NCBI GenBank assembly: GCA_029882975.1
Contig: JAOUJW010000015.1
Coordinates: forward strand, 6,450 to 70,449
DNA length: 64,000 nt
Reading direction: 5' to 3'
Source: Gammaproteobacteria bacterium
GTDB taxonomy: Bacteria > Pseudomonadota > Gammaproteobacteria > SZUA-152
The notes below the pieces were generated by a model that saw only the letters and a list, made by a program, of their open reading frames with translations, searched no databases and was not told where the DNA came from. The translations under genes were made by a program, and so were the position numbers. Within the stretch, counting starts at the first letter, position 1, and the number at the start of each line of letters is the position of its first letter. Below are positions 41,805 through 52,845 of this stretch, piece by piece.

Positions 41805-41905
41805 CTCCCAAACATTAGTACTTGCAACGGTACTATCAACTTCACTTTCAACTTCGCACTCAACAACACTCTCGACAGCACGACATAAGTACTCGCAAGT
41901 ATCTC
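41805..41905. repeat. Degenerate tandem repeats of about 12 bp (consensus approx. TCAACTTCRCTC, punctuated by AGTACT) in the leuD-leuB spacer
   Basis: Seen in the sequence: ..agtactcccaaacattagtacttgcaacggtactatcaacttcactttcaacttcgcactcaacaacactctcgacagcacgacataagtactcgcaag.. Confidence 0.5.
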
Positions 41906-41932
41906 AAAACCAAACCTGTCGCCCAACAACGG

Positions 41933-42586
41933 TTATTGCTGCCCCGACCCATCGCGAAACAACCAGGGAGCCTCTGCGGAACGACGCTGCTCATAAGCGC
42001 GAATTTGCTCTACGTGCTCCAAGGTAAGGGCGATATCATCCAGACCGTTTAAGAGGCAGTGTTTTCGAAACGGATCCACTTCAAAAGCAAAACTTTCACC
42101 TGCGGGAGTCGTCACGCTTTGCTGCGGCAAATCCACTGTCAAACGGTAACCCATCTTCGCCACTTGTTGAAACAGACGCCCCACTATGTCCGGCGCCAAC
42201 ACCAAGGGCAATATACCGTTCTTAAAACAGTTATTGTAAAAAATATCCGCAAAACTGGGCGCAATGATGACTCGAAACCCATAATCCAGCAAGGCCCAAG
42301 GAGCGTGCTCTCGAGAGGAACCGCATCCAAAATTCTCTCTAGTCAATAAGATCTGAGCACCCTGGTAGCGTGACTGATTCAACACAAAATCCGGATTCAA
42401 GGGACGTCCGGTATTATCCATGCCCGGCTCGCCGCTATCCAGATAACGCCAGTCATCAAACAAATTCGGACCAAAACCGCTGCGTTTAATGGATTTTAAA
42501 AACTGCTTGGGAATTATGGCATCGGTATCCACATTAGCCCGATCCAAAGGCGCCACCAACGCCGTTAATGATGTAAATTTTTCCAC
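41933..42586 (-). CDS. leuD: 3-isopropylmalate dehydratase small subunit
   Basis: Start reassigned to GTG at 42586 (AGGAGA RBS 6 nt upstream), giving [30 protein letters not shown], which aligns with the LeuD N-terminus. The track ORF begins at an upstream in-frame ATG (42643). Confidence 0.9.
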   Translation of the reverse strand: MEKFTSLTALVAPLDRANVDTDAIIPKQFLKSIKRSGFGPNLFDDWRYLDSGEPGMDNTGRPLNPDFVLNQSRYQGAQILLTRENFGCGSSREHAPWALLDYGFRVIIAPSFADIFYNNCFKNGILPLVLAPDIVGRLFQQVAKMGYRLTVDLPQQSVTTPAGESFAFEVDPFRKHCLLNGLDDIALTLEHVEQIRAYEQRRSAEAPWLFRDGSGQQ

Positions 42587-42611
42587 ATTTATTCTCCTGC
42601 GTATCCTGAAA

Positions 42612-44024
42612 TCAGCCTTGCTTGATTTCGTTGACATCGACAAAATGCCCTGCTATCGCTGCAGCTGCGGCCATTGGCGGACTCACCAAGTGGGTACGTC
42701 CACCTTGGCCCTGGCGTCCTTCAAAATTTCGATTGGATGTAGATGCACAACGTTCCTGTGGCTCCAAACGATCGGCATTCATCGCCAAACACATGGAACA
42801 ACCCGGCTCGCGCCACTCAAAGCCTGCATCCAAGAAAATCTGATGCAGCCCCTCCGCTTCGGCTTGCTGCTTCACCAACCCTGACCCGGGAACCACCATG
42901 GCAGTTTTAATATTTGCCGCCACTTTATTACCCTTGGCCACGGCCGCCGCCGCACGCAAATCTTCAATACGCGAGTTGGTGCAGGATCCGATAAACACTT
43001 TATCCACTCGAATTTCACGGATGGGCATATTGGCATCCAAACCCATGTACGCCAAAGCCGCTCGCATCCCCTCTCGTCGTGTGGCGTTGGACTCCTGTTC
43101 CGGGTCGGGAACTCGACCATCAACACCTACCACCATTTCCGGCGAAGTACCCCAGGTCACCTGCGGTTTAATGGCAGCTCCATCCAACTCAACCACACGA
43201 TCAAAATGCGCCTCCGCATCACTGTGGTATTGACTCCAAGCGGCCACAGCCTGGTCCCACATATTCACCGTGGGCGCATAAGGTCGACCTTTGACATACT
43301 CCATGGTTTTTTCATCCACTGCCACCATACCTGCGCGTGCTCCAGCCTCAATGGCCATATTACACACAGTCATGCGCCCTTCCACCGACATGTCCTGCAT
43401 CACGGCCCCACCAAACTCGATGGCGTAGCCGGTACCACCGGCCGTACCAATTTGGCCGATAACGGCCAAGACCACATCCTTGGCAGTCACACCCGGCTGT
43501 AAACTCCCGTTGATTTGCACCAGCATATTTTTGGACTTTTTCTGTATCAAGCACTGAGTGGCCAACACATGCTCCACTTCTGAGGTGCCAATACCAAAAG
43601 CCAATGCACCTAAAGCACCATGGGTGGAAGTATGGGAGTCCCCACAAACCACGGTCATCCCCGGTAACGTTGCCCCCTGCTCCGGACCAATCACATGAAC
43701 AATGCCCTGACGTACGTCATCCATACCAAACTGTGTTATACCGAAATCACGACAATTTTGATCCAGAGTTTCCACTTGCAAACGAGACACCGGATCGGTA
43801 ATACCCTTGTCCCGTTCTGTAGTTGGCACATTGTGATCCGGCACGGCAAGATTGGCATTGACGCGCCAGGTATTGCGTCCGGTCAGCCGCAGTCCTTCAA
43901 ACGCCTGTGGCGAAGTGACTTCATGTACCAATTGGCGATCGATATAGAGCAAAGCGGTACCATCTTCTTGTACACGCACCACATGATCGTCCCACAATTT
44001 GTCGTAAAGGGTTTTTGCGCCCAT
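42612..44024 (-). CDS. leuC: 3-isopropylmalate dehydratase large subunit
   Basis: 470 aa. Aconitase-family Fe-S ligands (..[11 protein letters not shown].., ..CSMCLAMN..). Confidence 0.95.
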   Translation of the reverse strand: MGAKTLYDKLWDDHVVRVQEDGTALLYIDRQLVHEVTSPQAFEGLRLTGRNTWRVNANLAVPDHNVPTTERDKGITDPVSRLQVETLDQNCRDFGITQFGMDDVRQGIVHVIGPEQGATLPGMTVVCGDSHTSTHGALGALAFGIGTSEVEHVLATQCLIQKKSKNMLVQINGSLQPGVTAKDVVLAVIGQIGTAGGTGYAIEFGGAVMQDMSVEGRMTVCNMAIEAGARAGMVAVDEKTMEYVKGRPYAPTVNMWDQAVAAWSQYHSDAEAHFDRVVELDGAAIKPQVTWGTSPEMVVGVDGRVPDPEQESNATRREGMRAALAYMGLDANMPIREIRVDKVFIGSCTNSRIEDLRAAAAVAKGNKVAANIKTAMVVPGSGLVKQQAEAEGLHQIFLDAGFEWREPGCSMCLAMNADRLEPQERCASTSNRNFEGRQGQGGRTHLVSPPMAAAAAIAGHFVDVNEIKQG

Positions 44025-44120
44025 GGTTTGAACTCCTGCTTTTAACGGTTGTTACTCATTACTGTCATTGCATCCTAACCAGAATTGATCTATAAAACAA
44101 ATTCATATTATTTATATTTC

Positions 44121-44139
44121 CTATAACTATTTGGAATAG
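44121..44139. promoter_or_regulatory. LysR-type T-N11-A box (CTAT-N11-ATAG) in the leuC/LysR divergent promoter region
   Basis: ctatAACTATTTGGAatag seen about 30 bp upstream of the LysR gene start. Confidence 0.35.
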
Positions 44140-44169
44140 ATAAAACAGCTGCGGAATACCAATACCATT

Positions 44170-45045
44170 ATGGATTACAATGATTTGCAAACATTTTTAC
44201 GAGTCGCTAACTCCGGCTCTTTTTCCGAAGCGGCGCAAAGTTTGTTCCTGACCCAACCGGCAGTGAGTAAACGCATTGCCGCTTTGGAACAACAGTTACA
44301 AACCCGTTTGTTTGATCGCCTGGGACGGCAACTACTCTTAACTGAAGCAGGACAACTGCTGCTCCATCGAGCCGAGAACATTGTCCGTGACATCCAGGAC
44401 TGTCGCCGGGAAATTTCCAATCTGTCCGGGCAAGTGGGTGGACCCTTGAAGTTTGCCACCAGCCATCACATCGGTTTGCACCGACTGCCGCCGGTGCTGC
44501 GATATTTTAACAGCCACTATCCCCAGGTAAAATTGAATCTGAACTTCATGGACTCAGAACAGGCTTGCCGCCATGTTGAAAATGCCAATATGGAACTGGC
44601 CATAATCACGCTGCCGATTCAGATTCCAGCCAAACTCCACGCCCAAATCCTTTGGAACGATGAATTACAACTGGTCGTAGGCAAATCACACCCCTTGGCC
44701 CAATCCGTACCCGGTGGCTACAGCCTGGAACAGATCAGCGCGTACCCGGGAATTTTGCCATTGGCCGGCACCACCACACGGGCCTTGATCGAAGCAGTGT
44801 TTGTGTCGTCACAGCTCCCGCTCACCACACACATGGATACCAATTTTCTGGAAACTATCAAAATGTTGGTGAGTGTCGGACTGGGTTGGTCTGTGTTACC
44901 CCGTACCCTCTTGGACCAGGACTTGATCACACCGGACACGCCTGAACTGATTTTAAAACGACCGTTGGGAGTGGTGTGGCAGCAGGACAGAACCTTGAGC
45001 AACGCTGCCAATGCCATGTTGCAATTCTTGTCTCAGGCGGCTTGA
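44170..45045 (+). CDS. LysR-family transcriptional regulator, divergent from leuC
   Basis: 291 aa. N-terminal HTH (LQTFLRVANSGSFSEAAQSLFLTQPAVSKRIAALEQQL). Confidence 0.8.
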   Translation: MDYNDLQTFLRVANSGSFSEAAQSLFLTQPAVSKRIAALEQQLQTRLFDRLGRQLLLTEAGQLLLHRAENIVRDIQDCRREISNLSGQVGGPLKFATSHHIGLHRLPPVLRYFNSHYPQVKLNLNFMDSEQACRHVENANMELAIITLPIQIPAKLHAQILWNDELQLVVGKSHPLAQSVPGGYSLEQISAYPGILPLAGTTTRALIEAVFVSSQLPLTTHMDTNFLETIKMLVSVGLGWSVLPRTLLDQDLITPDTPELILKRPLGVVWQQDRTLSNAANAMLQFLSQAA

Positions 45046-45071
45046 ACAATGATGCCCCCCTTGGCTACCAT

Positions 45072-45485
45072 ATGCTCATGAGCACAAAACTTAAACCGCT
45101 GATCAAACCCAAGACCATCGCTCAGTTCAATAAAAAAGTCAAAGACAGCACCGGCTTTTTAATATTCGGCAGCCTCTTACCCGGCGTCAGCGCACAGGTG
45201 CAGTTCTTGGGCAAGTTACAGCGAGAGGAAGTGCTGTGGGAGGCACAAATTCAAACTCTCGCATCTTACCATGCGCAATACTTGAATGATAAAAGTGAAA
45301 AAGAGCGTGCCCGTGAAGTATATTCTTTTTTCGAAATTTCTGAACCTGAGAAATCCGTCGCCCGTTTACATGTAGTGTTAGCCGTACCGTTAATCGATGA
45401 AGCCACGATTAAAAAAACCATGGTTATGATCCGCTGCTACAAACGCCTGAATGTTGGCAAGCATGTGTTTGGTAAGAATCTTTAA
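45072..45485 (+). CDS. Hypothetical protein of about 137 aa
   Basis: The track ORF runs 44976-45485 and overlaps the LysR gene. The first plausible in-frame ATG after the LysR stop is 45072 (MLMSTKLKPL..). No motif recognised. Confidence 0.4.
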   Translation: MLMSTKLKPLIKPKTIAQFNKKVKDSTGFLIFGSLLPGVSAQVQFLGKLQREEVLWEAQIQTLASYHAQYLNDKSEKERAREVYSFFEISEPEKSVARLHVVLAVPLIDEATIKKTMVMIRCYKRLNVGKHVFGKNL

Positions 45486-45503
45486 AACAGACTGCACCAA
45501 GCA

Positions 45504-46001
45504 CTATATTTTTTCCGCTGCCGGTTCAGCATAACCCCATTTTTTAAAGCGCCGATCCCATTGTTTAAAGCGTTTACGGCAATAGGTATCCAGGGCTTCA
45601 AAACCATCAAAAAACAGCTCATAATCGTCTTCGGCCGGTCCGTCAAACTCACAACACTCATTAGAGTGGTCACGACAAATTTGCGGCCGCTGGTGATAAA
45701 TAGCACAACGGCCATCAGGTAGAATATGATTGCAACGACTGATCACAGATAAAAACCAACCGTCATCATCCTTAAACAACTTCACATCGCGGTGAGACAC
45801 CTGCCAGATTAAATAATCAAATTCTTCCAAAGACCGTGGCGTATCGATTTGGTGGGTAATGTAGGTACAACACTTTGCTGTGCAGAGGCCGCATTTATCC
45901 TCCAGTTTCACTTCAATACCACCAATGGTTTGCGTTGGTTCCATTGGGTTTTTCGCCGCTTGTGTGTTTTTTCTTGCCACCTGACATTCTACTCCCATCA
46001 T
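45504..46001 (-). CDS. YkgJ-family putative zinc/iron-chelating CxxCxxCC protein (UPF0153)
   Basis: 165 aa. Cys-rich (CGLCTAKCC ... C.....C). N-terminal extent uncertain. Confidence 0.65.
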   Translation of the reverse strand: MMGVECQVARKNTQAAKNPMEPTQTIGGIEVKLEDKCGLCTAKCCTYITHQIDTPRSLEEFDYLIWQVSHRDVKLFKDDDGWFLSVISRCNHILPDGRCAIYHQRPQICRDHSNECCEFDGPAEDDYELFFDGFEALDTYCRKRFKQWDRRFKKWGYAEPAAEKI

Positions 46002-46289
46002 GAAATTCTGCTTTGACTTATCAGCGACACAACCTTAGCTGCTGATGTCAGTGATTTCAAGCATAGTCACTGCAACCTTGCTTTGAACAAACCTGGCCGT
46101 ATGGTGTGCGTGGAGGTTAGCAGTCCGGCGATACAGACAACCCATCTTTAACACGCTAATGGCTACTGTAAGCCTTACCAACTCTCGCGGACGAAACCGA
46201 CGGGTGGCAGTCACCATCGCGCCCTCGCGCACGGACCGAACAAAACCATACATCTGCCCACCTCCCCCCGTTTGTGATACAGTTTTAAT

Positions 46290-47780
46290 ATGAGTGATGA
46301 CAACAACATTTATGCGGCCATTGATCTGGGCTCTAACAGTTTTCACATGATCGTTGCCCGTTACCAGGACGGGCAACTGCACATCGTGGATCGTCTTAGG
46401 GAAATGGTCAGATTGTCGGCAGGCATGGACGACAGCAGGAACATTACAGTCGAAGCCCAACAGCGGGCACTGAATTGTCTGTCTAAATTCGGACAAAGAA
46501 TCAAAGACCTGAACCAGGATAGCGTACGCATAGTTGGAACCAACACACTGCGCAGTGCCCGCAATGCGAAAGACTTTATTGCACAGGCAGAACAGGTATT
46601 AGGGACATCCATCGATATAATCTCCGGCATGGAAGAGGCTCGTCTGATTTATTTGGGTGTGGCACACAATACCGGAGAAAACGAAAAACAGCGCCTGGTT
46701 ATCGATATTGGAGGTGGCAGCACCGAGTTAATCATTGGTAAAGGCGCTGAAGCCATCACCATGGAAAGCCTGTATATGGGCTGCGTCAGTTTCACCCAGC
46801 GGTTTTTCCAGAATGGGTTAATCAACACCGAGGCACAAAAACATGCCAAAATCGCTGCCCGGGTGGAACTGATTCCAATCATGAACAAATATCGTCAAAT
46901 GGGTTGGGATGTGGCCATCGGTACATCGGGAACAGTGCGAGCAGTCCATAGTGTTGCCATGGCAGAAGGTTGGGTTAAAGAGGGTATTACGCAACAGGCC
47001 TTAAAAAAAATTCAACAACACCTGCTTCAAGCCGGACACAGTGATAATATCAAGTTAAAAGGATTGAGCGATGAACGCAAACCCGTTTTCGCCGGAGGCG
47101 TCGCTGTATTGTGCGGTATTTTTCAAGCTTTGGAATTGAAAAAAATCCAAGTTTCCGACGGTGCCCTACGTGAGGGCTTGTTGCATCATATGGTAGGCAG
47201 TCAGCATGAGGATGTACGCATGCAAAGCATAAATCATCTGGCACGGCGATTTTTGGTGGATCCGGCACAGGCAGAAAGGGTACAGGAAACCGCTCTGGTG
47301 TGCCTGCACCAATTGAGTCCGGCCTGGAACCTACCCTATGCTGCCAATAAAAACTGGCTACGATGGGCGGCACAACTGCATGAACTGGGATTGGGAGTAG
47401 CTCACAGTCATTATCACAAACACGGCGCCTATATTGTGGAAAATGCCGATGTAGCCGGATTCACTCAGCAGGAACAAGGTTTGTTGGCACTGCTGGTGAG
47501 ATGTCACCGCCGTAAAATAAACCACCCGGACTTTAAAACGTTACCCAAAAACTGGGCTGGACGTTTGCAAAAACTGGCCATCATACTGCGCCTCAGTGTC
47601 TTGCTGCACCGTAGTCGAAGCGAAGAACCATTGCCGCTATTTGAAATTACTGCTGACGAGTCGCGCTTGCAGTTAAAATTCCCCGCCGGCTGGTTAAAAC
47701 AACACCAACTCACCAAGGCCGATTTGGGACAAGAAGCGCAATACCTGCGCACTGTGAATATCGCTTTAAGCGTCAAGTAA
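46290..47780 (+). CDS. ppx: Exopolyphosphatase (Ppx/GppA family)
   Basis: 496 aa. N-terminal AAIDLGSNSFHMIV actin-like ATPase fold. Confidence 0.9.
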   Translation: MSDDNNIYAAIDLGSNSFHMIVARYQDGQLHIVDRLREMVRLSAGMDDSRNITVEAQQRALNCLSKFGQRIKDLNQDSVRIVGTNTLRSARNAKDFIAQAEQVLGTSIDIISGMEEARLIYLGVAHNTGENEKQRLVIDIGGGSTELIIGKGAEAITMESLYMGCVSFTQRFFQNGLINTEAQKHAKIAARVELIPIMNKYRQMGWDVAIGTSGTVRAVHSVAMAEGWVKEGITQQALKKIQQHLLQAGHSDNIKLKGLSDERKPVFAGGVAVLCGIFQALELKKIQVSDGALREGLLHHMVGSQHEDVRMQSINHLARRFLVDPAQAERVQETALVCLHQLSPAWNLPYAANKNWLRWAAQLHELGLGVAHSHYHKHGAYIVENADVAGFTQQEQGLLALLVRCHRRKINHPDFKTLPKNWAGRLQKLAIILRLSVLLHRSRSEEPLPLFEITADESRLQLKFPAGWLKQHQLTKADLGQEAQYLRTVNIALSVK

Positions 47781-47785
47781 AAATT

Positions 47786-49924
47786 TTAGTACTGCGTCAC
47801 TGCTTGTATCAACTCAGCCTGCGCCGACAACCCGGTTTTCTCCTCAACCTTGGCTTTGCCATTGCGCTTTTTCTTCCTCACGACCGCATCCTTGTCCTTT
47901 TCCACACGAACATAGGTTCCGTCCTTTTGCAGTGACCAGGTATTACAATTGTCACTCAGATACAAATTCAGATCACCGATAACACGCTCTTTTAGTTGTT
48001 TGGTGTCGATTGGGAAACACACTTCCACACGTTGAAACATATTTCTGTCCATCCAATCCGCACTGGCACAATACACCTTAGGGTCACCATTGTTCTCAAA
48101 ATAGTATACCCGTGTATGTTCCAGAAAACGCCCCACCACGGAACGCACTTGAATATTGTCCGACACCCCCGGCAAGCCGGGCCTTAAACAACACAATCCT
48201 CGCACCAGCAATATCACTTCCACACCAATAGACGATGCCTTGTACAGCGCCCGAATCAACCTTGGCTCAGTTAAGGAGTTCACCTTAATGATAATGCGCC
48301 CGGGTAAACCCTGTTCAATAAAGCTTATCTCTTGTTCGATTAAGTCGAGCAAGGACTGATGCAAAGAAAAAGGTGCTTGTAGAATTTTTTGCATACTGGG
48401 AACTTTACCCAAACTGGTGAGTTGCAAAAATACACTGTGTACATCCTTACCCAGTTTATTATTGCTACTGAGCAGGCTGTAATCCGTGTACAACCGAGCG
48501 GTACTGGAATGGTAATTACCGGTTCCTAAATGCACATATTGCTTTAACTGCTTGCCTTGGCGCCGCACGATGTGCAACATTTTTGCATGGGTCTTGTAAC
48601 CCACAACACCGTACACCACGTGCACGCCGGCCTCCTGCAAACGGTTAGCCAGGCCAATATTGGCTTCTTCATCAAAGCGCGCTCGCAACTCCACCACGAC
48701 AGTCACTTCCTTCCCGGCCCTGGCGGCAGCCACCAACGCCTCAACAAACACCGATTCAGCACCGGACCGATACAAGGTTTGTTTGATACTTAACACATCC
48801 GCATCTACTGCGGCGTGCTTAAGCAAATCCACCACCGGAGCAAAGGACTCATAAGGGTGATGCAGCAAGATATCCTGCGCATCCAACACGGTAAACATGT
48901 CCACACCGCCGACTAACGGTTTCGGCAGGTGGGGTGTGAACGGTGGATACGTGAGTGCTGAGTTATCAATAATATCGATTATGGCTGTAACCCGGTTCAA
49001 ATTCACCGGCCCATTGACCAAATACAACTCCCTGGCGGTGATACCAAAACGCTCCAGCAGGAAACTCACGGTCTCATCCGGACATTGATCATCCACTTCC
49101 AATCGTACAGCATCGCCATAACGTCGGGACGCCAGCTCCCCTTGCACCGCTCGGAGCAAATCATCCACCGCCTCTTCGTCAACAAACAAATCACTGTTGC
49201 GGGTGACTCGAAACTGATAACAGCCTTTGATTTTCATACCGGGAAACAATTCTTCAACGAAGGCATGTATCACCGAGGATAAAAACACAAAATCATGCGG
49301 CCCACACTCCACATCGCCTTGTGGTAATTGAATAACCCGGGGCAAAGCCCGAGGCGCTTGTACAATCGCATGGGAGCGATGCCGACCAAATGCGTCCTTG
49401 CCCCGCAAGGAAATTATGAAATTAAGACTTTTATTGAGGATTCGGGGAAATGGATGAGCCGGGTCCAAACCCAGAGGCGTTATGATGGGTAACAATTGTT
49501 CATGAAATACCTGATGCAACCACTGTTCCTGTGAGGAATTCCAATCAGAACGACGAATAAAACGAATATTGTGTTGTTCAAGTAGAGGAAAAATCGTGTC
49601 GTTCAAAACCGTGTATTGTTCATCTACAAACTGGTGTAGACGAGTACTGATAGCACTCAACACTTCCAGGGGTAACATTTCGTCTGGTCCGGCCTGAATT
49701 GAACACAATTCCGCCATTTGCAGCAAACCCGCCACCCTGACCTCGAAGAACTCATCCAGGTTGGTACTGGAAATACTCAAAAAGCGCAGACGTTCCAATA
49801 CCGGCACGGAATCATCCTTAGCCTGCTCAAGAACGCGCTGGTTAAATTCTATAAAACTCAGTTCGCGATTAATGTAAAGATTGGCGGAGTTCAAATCCGC
49901 ATGATCAAGACTAACTTCATTCAT
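47786..49924 (-). CDS. ppk: Polyphosphate kinase 1
   Basis: 712 aa. N-terminal NRELSFIEFNQRVLEQA. PLD-like HxK motifs (YKTHAKM). Confidence 0.95.
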   Translation of the reverse strand: MNEVSLDHADLNSANLYINRELSFIEFNQRVLEQAKDDSVPVLERLRFLSISSTNLDEFFEVRVAGLLQMAELCSIQAGPDEMLPLEVLSAISTRLHQFVDEQYTVLNDTIFPLLEQHNIRFIRRSDWNSSQEQWLHQVFHEQLLPIITPLGLDPAHPFPRILNKSLNFIISLRGKDAFGRHRSHAIVQAPRALPRVIQLPQGDVECGPHDFVFLSSVIHAFVEELFPGMKIKGCYQFRVTRNSDLFVDEEAVDDLLRAVQGELASRRYGDAVRLEVDDQCPDETVSFLLERFGITARELYLVNGPVNLNRVTAIIDIIDNSALTYPPFTPHLPKPLVGGVDMFTVLDAQDILLHHPYESFAPVVDLLKHAAVDADVLSIKQTLYRSGAESVFVEALVAAARAGKEVTVVVELRARFDEEANIGLANRLQEAGVHVVYGVVGYKTHAKMLHIVRRQGKQLKQYVHLGTGNYHSSTARLYTDYSLLSSNNKLGKDVHSVFLQLTSLGKVPSMQKILQAPFSLHQSLLDLIEQEISFIEQGLPGRIIIKVNSLTEPRLIRALYKASSIGVEVILLVRGLCCLRPGLPGVSDNIQVRSVVGRFLEHTRVYYFENNGDPKVYCASADWMDRNMFQRVEVCFPIDTKQLKERVIGDLNLYLSDNCNTWSLQKDGTYVRVEKDKDAVVRKKKRNGKAKVEEKTGLSAQAELIQAVTQY

Positions 49925-49974
49925 AACCTTAGTTTAGCAAAGCATAGCTGGCCTGGCTTTTGCTACGCTATAAA

Positions 49975-51220
49975 TATGGATCAACTAATTAGTTTGGGGA
50001 TTGCCTTGGCTCTGGGCCTGCTGGTGGGGCTGGAACGCGGCTGGCAGGAACGTGAGGCCGCCGAAGGCAGCCGCATTGCCGGCATTAGAACATTTGGTTT
50101 AATCGGATTATTGGGTGGTTTGTGGGCCTTACTGGCCGGCAACTCCCAATATTCGGATATTACTCTAGGGTTTGCCTTTGTAGGCCTGGCAATTATTCTT
50201 ATCGTAGCCCACACCGTCGATCGGGGCTCACAACGCAACTACGGTGTCACCACGATTATCGCCGCGCTCATCACTTTTGTACTGGGCATTCTCACGGTAT
50301 TGGGAGAAAAAAATGTTGCTGTTGCAGCGGCTGTGGCCACCACGGTTTTACTAAGTCTAAAACCCGTGCTACACCAATGGATTCAAAAAATCGAAATCCT
50401 GGAACTGACCGCCGCCCTAAAGCTGTTATTAATATCCGTGGTATTGCTTCCGGTATTACCGGACAAAGGCTTTGGTCCCTGGGAAGCACTAAACCCATAT
50501 GAGATCTGGTGGATGGTGGTACTCATTGCCAGTATCTCCTTCATCAGCTACGTCAGCATGAAACTGTTTGGCGCTCATCACGGTCTCTTGCTCACAGGCT
50601 TTCTGGGAGGAATCGCTTCTTCCACCGCAGTTACTTTGAATTACTCCCATATGGCTCGCACCCTTAACATTCACCGGGTTTTAGCGGCGGGGATACTCAT
50701 TGCCTCTGCCACCATGTTTCCCCGGGTGTTATTGGAAATCGCGGTTATCAACCATGAAATGATCCCCTTAACGGCAACACCTTTGCTGGCCATGACCACT
50801 GTCAATGTTTTGGGTGCGTTTTGGTTATGGCGCCATCAGCCGGATACCTTGAGCCCACAAGAGCTGGCTCGATCCAAACCCTTTGAACTACTCCCGGCAC
50901 TGCGCTTCGGTTTACTGTTGGTCATCATTATGTTGCTGGCTCAGGCTTTTAAGCACTGGCTGGGTGATACGGGGATTTATGTACTCGCCGCTTTCTCCGG
51001 AATAGCTGATGTCGATGCCATCACACTCTCTTTGGCCCGTATGGCACGCAATGGCCTGGCTGATGAGATCGCGGCCAATGCCATTATCATCGCCACTATT
51101 GTTAACAGCGCAGTAAAAACCGCGCTGGTGTATTTCATTGGCGGCATGCCTCTATTCCGTTACGTAATTTGGGTATTTCTATTGATATTGGCAGTTGGCA
51201 CCGGACTGGCCGTAATGTAG
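49975..51220 (+). CDS. MgtC/SapB-family membrane protein with a DUF4010-type C-terminal domain
   Basis: About 414 aa. MDQLISLGIALALGLLVGLERGWQ... The GLERE/G motif is typical of MgtC N-termini. Many TM helices. The track ORF begins at 49718, but that extension overlaps the ppk start, so the start was set to ATG 49975. Confidence 0.7.
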
Positions 51221-51484
51221 GCCACACGACTGCAGTAATCCTTAAACCCATCACTATTGTTTCAAAATGTTCATATTTGAACATGGCGAAACAACTCACA
51301 CATATTCCTACACAGCCACAACTCCCGCAGCCTTGTTTCAATACTCTACAAGCGTAGTTTCATAATTCTGTGAACTTGGGATGACAAGCATTAACTAAAA
51401 TCAGAGCCATATGAAATAGTGTCTTTTGAATTCATTCAGCTCAAAAACAATCAAAAGGCGACATTTAACCGGAGAACACTAATC

Positions 51485-51610
51485 ATGAAAAAAATATTAC
51501 TTGCTTTGCCATTATCCTTCGCGTTCATCGGTGTTGCCGTGGCAGCGCAAACAGACTTTTACAAACAAAATATTGAACTGGATGGCATCTGGGGTGATAC
51601 GGATTGTTAA
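51485..51610 (+). CDS. Small secreted peptide precursor, paralog 1 (41 aa: MKKILLALPLSFAFIGVAVAAQTDFYKQNIELDGIWGDTDC)
   Basis: GGAGA RBS 10 nt upstream. Sec-type signal peptide with AxA cleavage site (VAA|Q). Mature peptide of about 20 aa ending in Cys. Near-identical paralog at 52982. Hairpin plus T-run follows. Confidence 0.55.
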   Translation: MKKILLALPLSFAFIGVAVAAQTDFYKQNIELDGIWGDTDC

Positions 51611-51620
51611 TGGTTATAGG

Positions 51621-51647
51621 AGGCCGACGACGTCGCCCCCCCATTTT
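51621..51647 (+). terminator. Weak GC hairpin plus T-run after peptide gene 1; could act bidirectionally (convergent with the 51666 gene)
   Basis: GGCCGACGACGTCGCC followed by CCCCCATTTTT. Confidence 0.3.
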
Positions 51648-51665
51648 TGTATTCACTTAAGACAA

Positions 51666-52037
51666 CTAAAACCAATCGTGTATAGTCGCACTGCGTTCGT
51701 ATAAAAACTCGCCATCACTGGCGGCCACGCAGATTTTGATGAATATCTTGTCTTCACCGACCGCTTCATCCAATATCTCACAAGGCATAGCAAAACTACG
51801 TTTCACCGGCATCACCGCATCCCGTTCCACAACATGAGTATCGTACGGCGGTGAACCCAGGGGTTTATCGCGGAGCAAATCATCACCAAATAAAATCACG
51901 CAAACGGAAAATGAAACGCCGGCCTGATATTTTTCCTTGTCGATACGCAATGCATAGGAATAATCGATGCTGCAAATATGACCGGAAACAAAAGACGTTC
52001 GGGTAATGCTGAAATCAACCGAATCCACTGATATCAT
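51666..52037 (-). CDS. Hypothetical cytoplasmic 123-aa protein
   Basis: ORF without signal peptide or recognisable motif. Convergent with peptide gene 1. In the same orientation as the lipoprotein gene upstream of it. Confidence 0.45.
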   Translation of the reverse strand: MISVDSVDFSITRTSFVSGHICSIDYSYALRIDKEKYQAGVSFSVCVILFGDDLLRDKPLGSPPYDTHVVERDAVMPVKRSFAMPCEILDEAVGEDKIFIKICVAASDGEFLYERSATIHDWF

Positions 52038-52093
52038 AATGGGCCTTTATGTTGATACCGCTTCTTACATGCATGCCTTATACAAGCATAAAT

Positions 52094-52109
52094 AAACCCA
52101 AGTGGGTTT
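52094..52109 (-). terminator. Palindrome AAACCCAagTGGGTTT downstream of the lipoprotein gene
   Basis: 7-bp perfect inverted repeat followed by an A/T-rich stretch on the minus strand. Confidence 0.35.
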
Positions 52110-52214
52110 GCCACATTGCAACCAAATTTAATTGATTTATCTCAAAATAAAAGTCACTTTGGAGTGTGGGCACCAATCCGTACCCACTGGAATCATTTCC
52201 ACATGAACCTGGAC

Positions 52215-52757
52215 TCAGCGTTCGCCCAGGCGACTGTCCAGCTCAGGGCGCCGCAGCCATCGGGCTACATCTTTGCCCAGAGCTTTAACCGTCCGGCCTA
52301 ACACGGAGCAGGAACCCTTGAACCCGGCGAAGGCGCCACCGCCGGAAGAACGAGCAGCGACAAAGGAACCGATTTTTTTACCGTTTTCATACAATTCACC
52401 GGAAATTTCCGTAAATTTATTGTGGTGTCCGCCGCCAAAACCGCCCCATGCATGCCCCTGGCTCAGGGCGTCAGTGATACGAACCTTCAAAACCTTACCA
52501 GGATCATTACTGGATACCGAAGCTTTTTGCACAAAATTGATGCGGTATTTTTTCCCAAATATCACCAAAAACTCAGACAGTTTTTCCGGCAGGCGGCACT
52601 CCTGTTTGATATTACCCGCAATTTTATTGTTATCTGCATACGGGATTAAGGCATCGATACTGACAGAATCCATGGGACCGGAAGGCGTTTCTTCCTCCGG
52701 CATGGTTTGGCAGGCGACGAGCGATAAACCCATGAGTAAAACCATTAATTTCTTCAT
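52215..52757 (-). CDS. Predicted lipoprotein, 180 aa, function unknown
   Basis: Signal peptide with lipobox (LSLVAC). Gly-rich segments (GHAWGGFGGGHH; SSGGGAFAGFKG). Confidence 0.6.
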   Translation of the reverse strand: MKKLMVLLMGLSLVACQTMPEEETPSGPMDSVSIDALIPYADNNKIAGNIKQECRLPEKLSEFLVIFGKKYRINFVQKASVSSNDPGKVLKVRITDALSQGHAWGGFGGGHHNKFTEISGELYENGKKIGSFVAARSSGGGAFAGFKGSCSVLGRTVKALGKDVARWLRRPELDSRLGER

Positions 52758-52845
52758 TCTCCATCCCTTCCATCGTTAAATTGATAGTTTGTCCGCCTCA
52801 CAATTCATACCAGCTTGGGCGACACTTGCTCATTTTTTTAGAATT

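Noticed and set aside
46035-46496. 153-aa minus-strand ORF overlapping the ppx start
   Set aside because: It is antisense to the well-supported ppx N-terminus and to its promoter region. It has no motif or RBS and is probably a shadow ORF.
49718-49974. N-terminal 86-codon extension of the MgtC-like ORF
   Set aside because: It overlaps the ppk start codon region on the opposite strand. The in-frame ATG at 49975 gives a typical MgtC N-terminus, MDQLISLG..LVGLERG.
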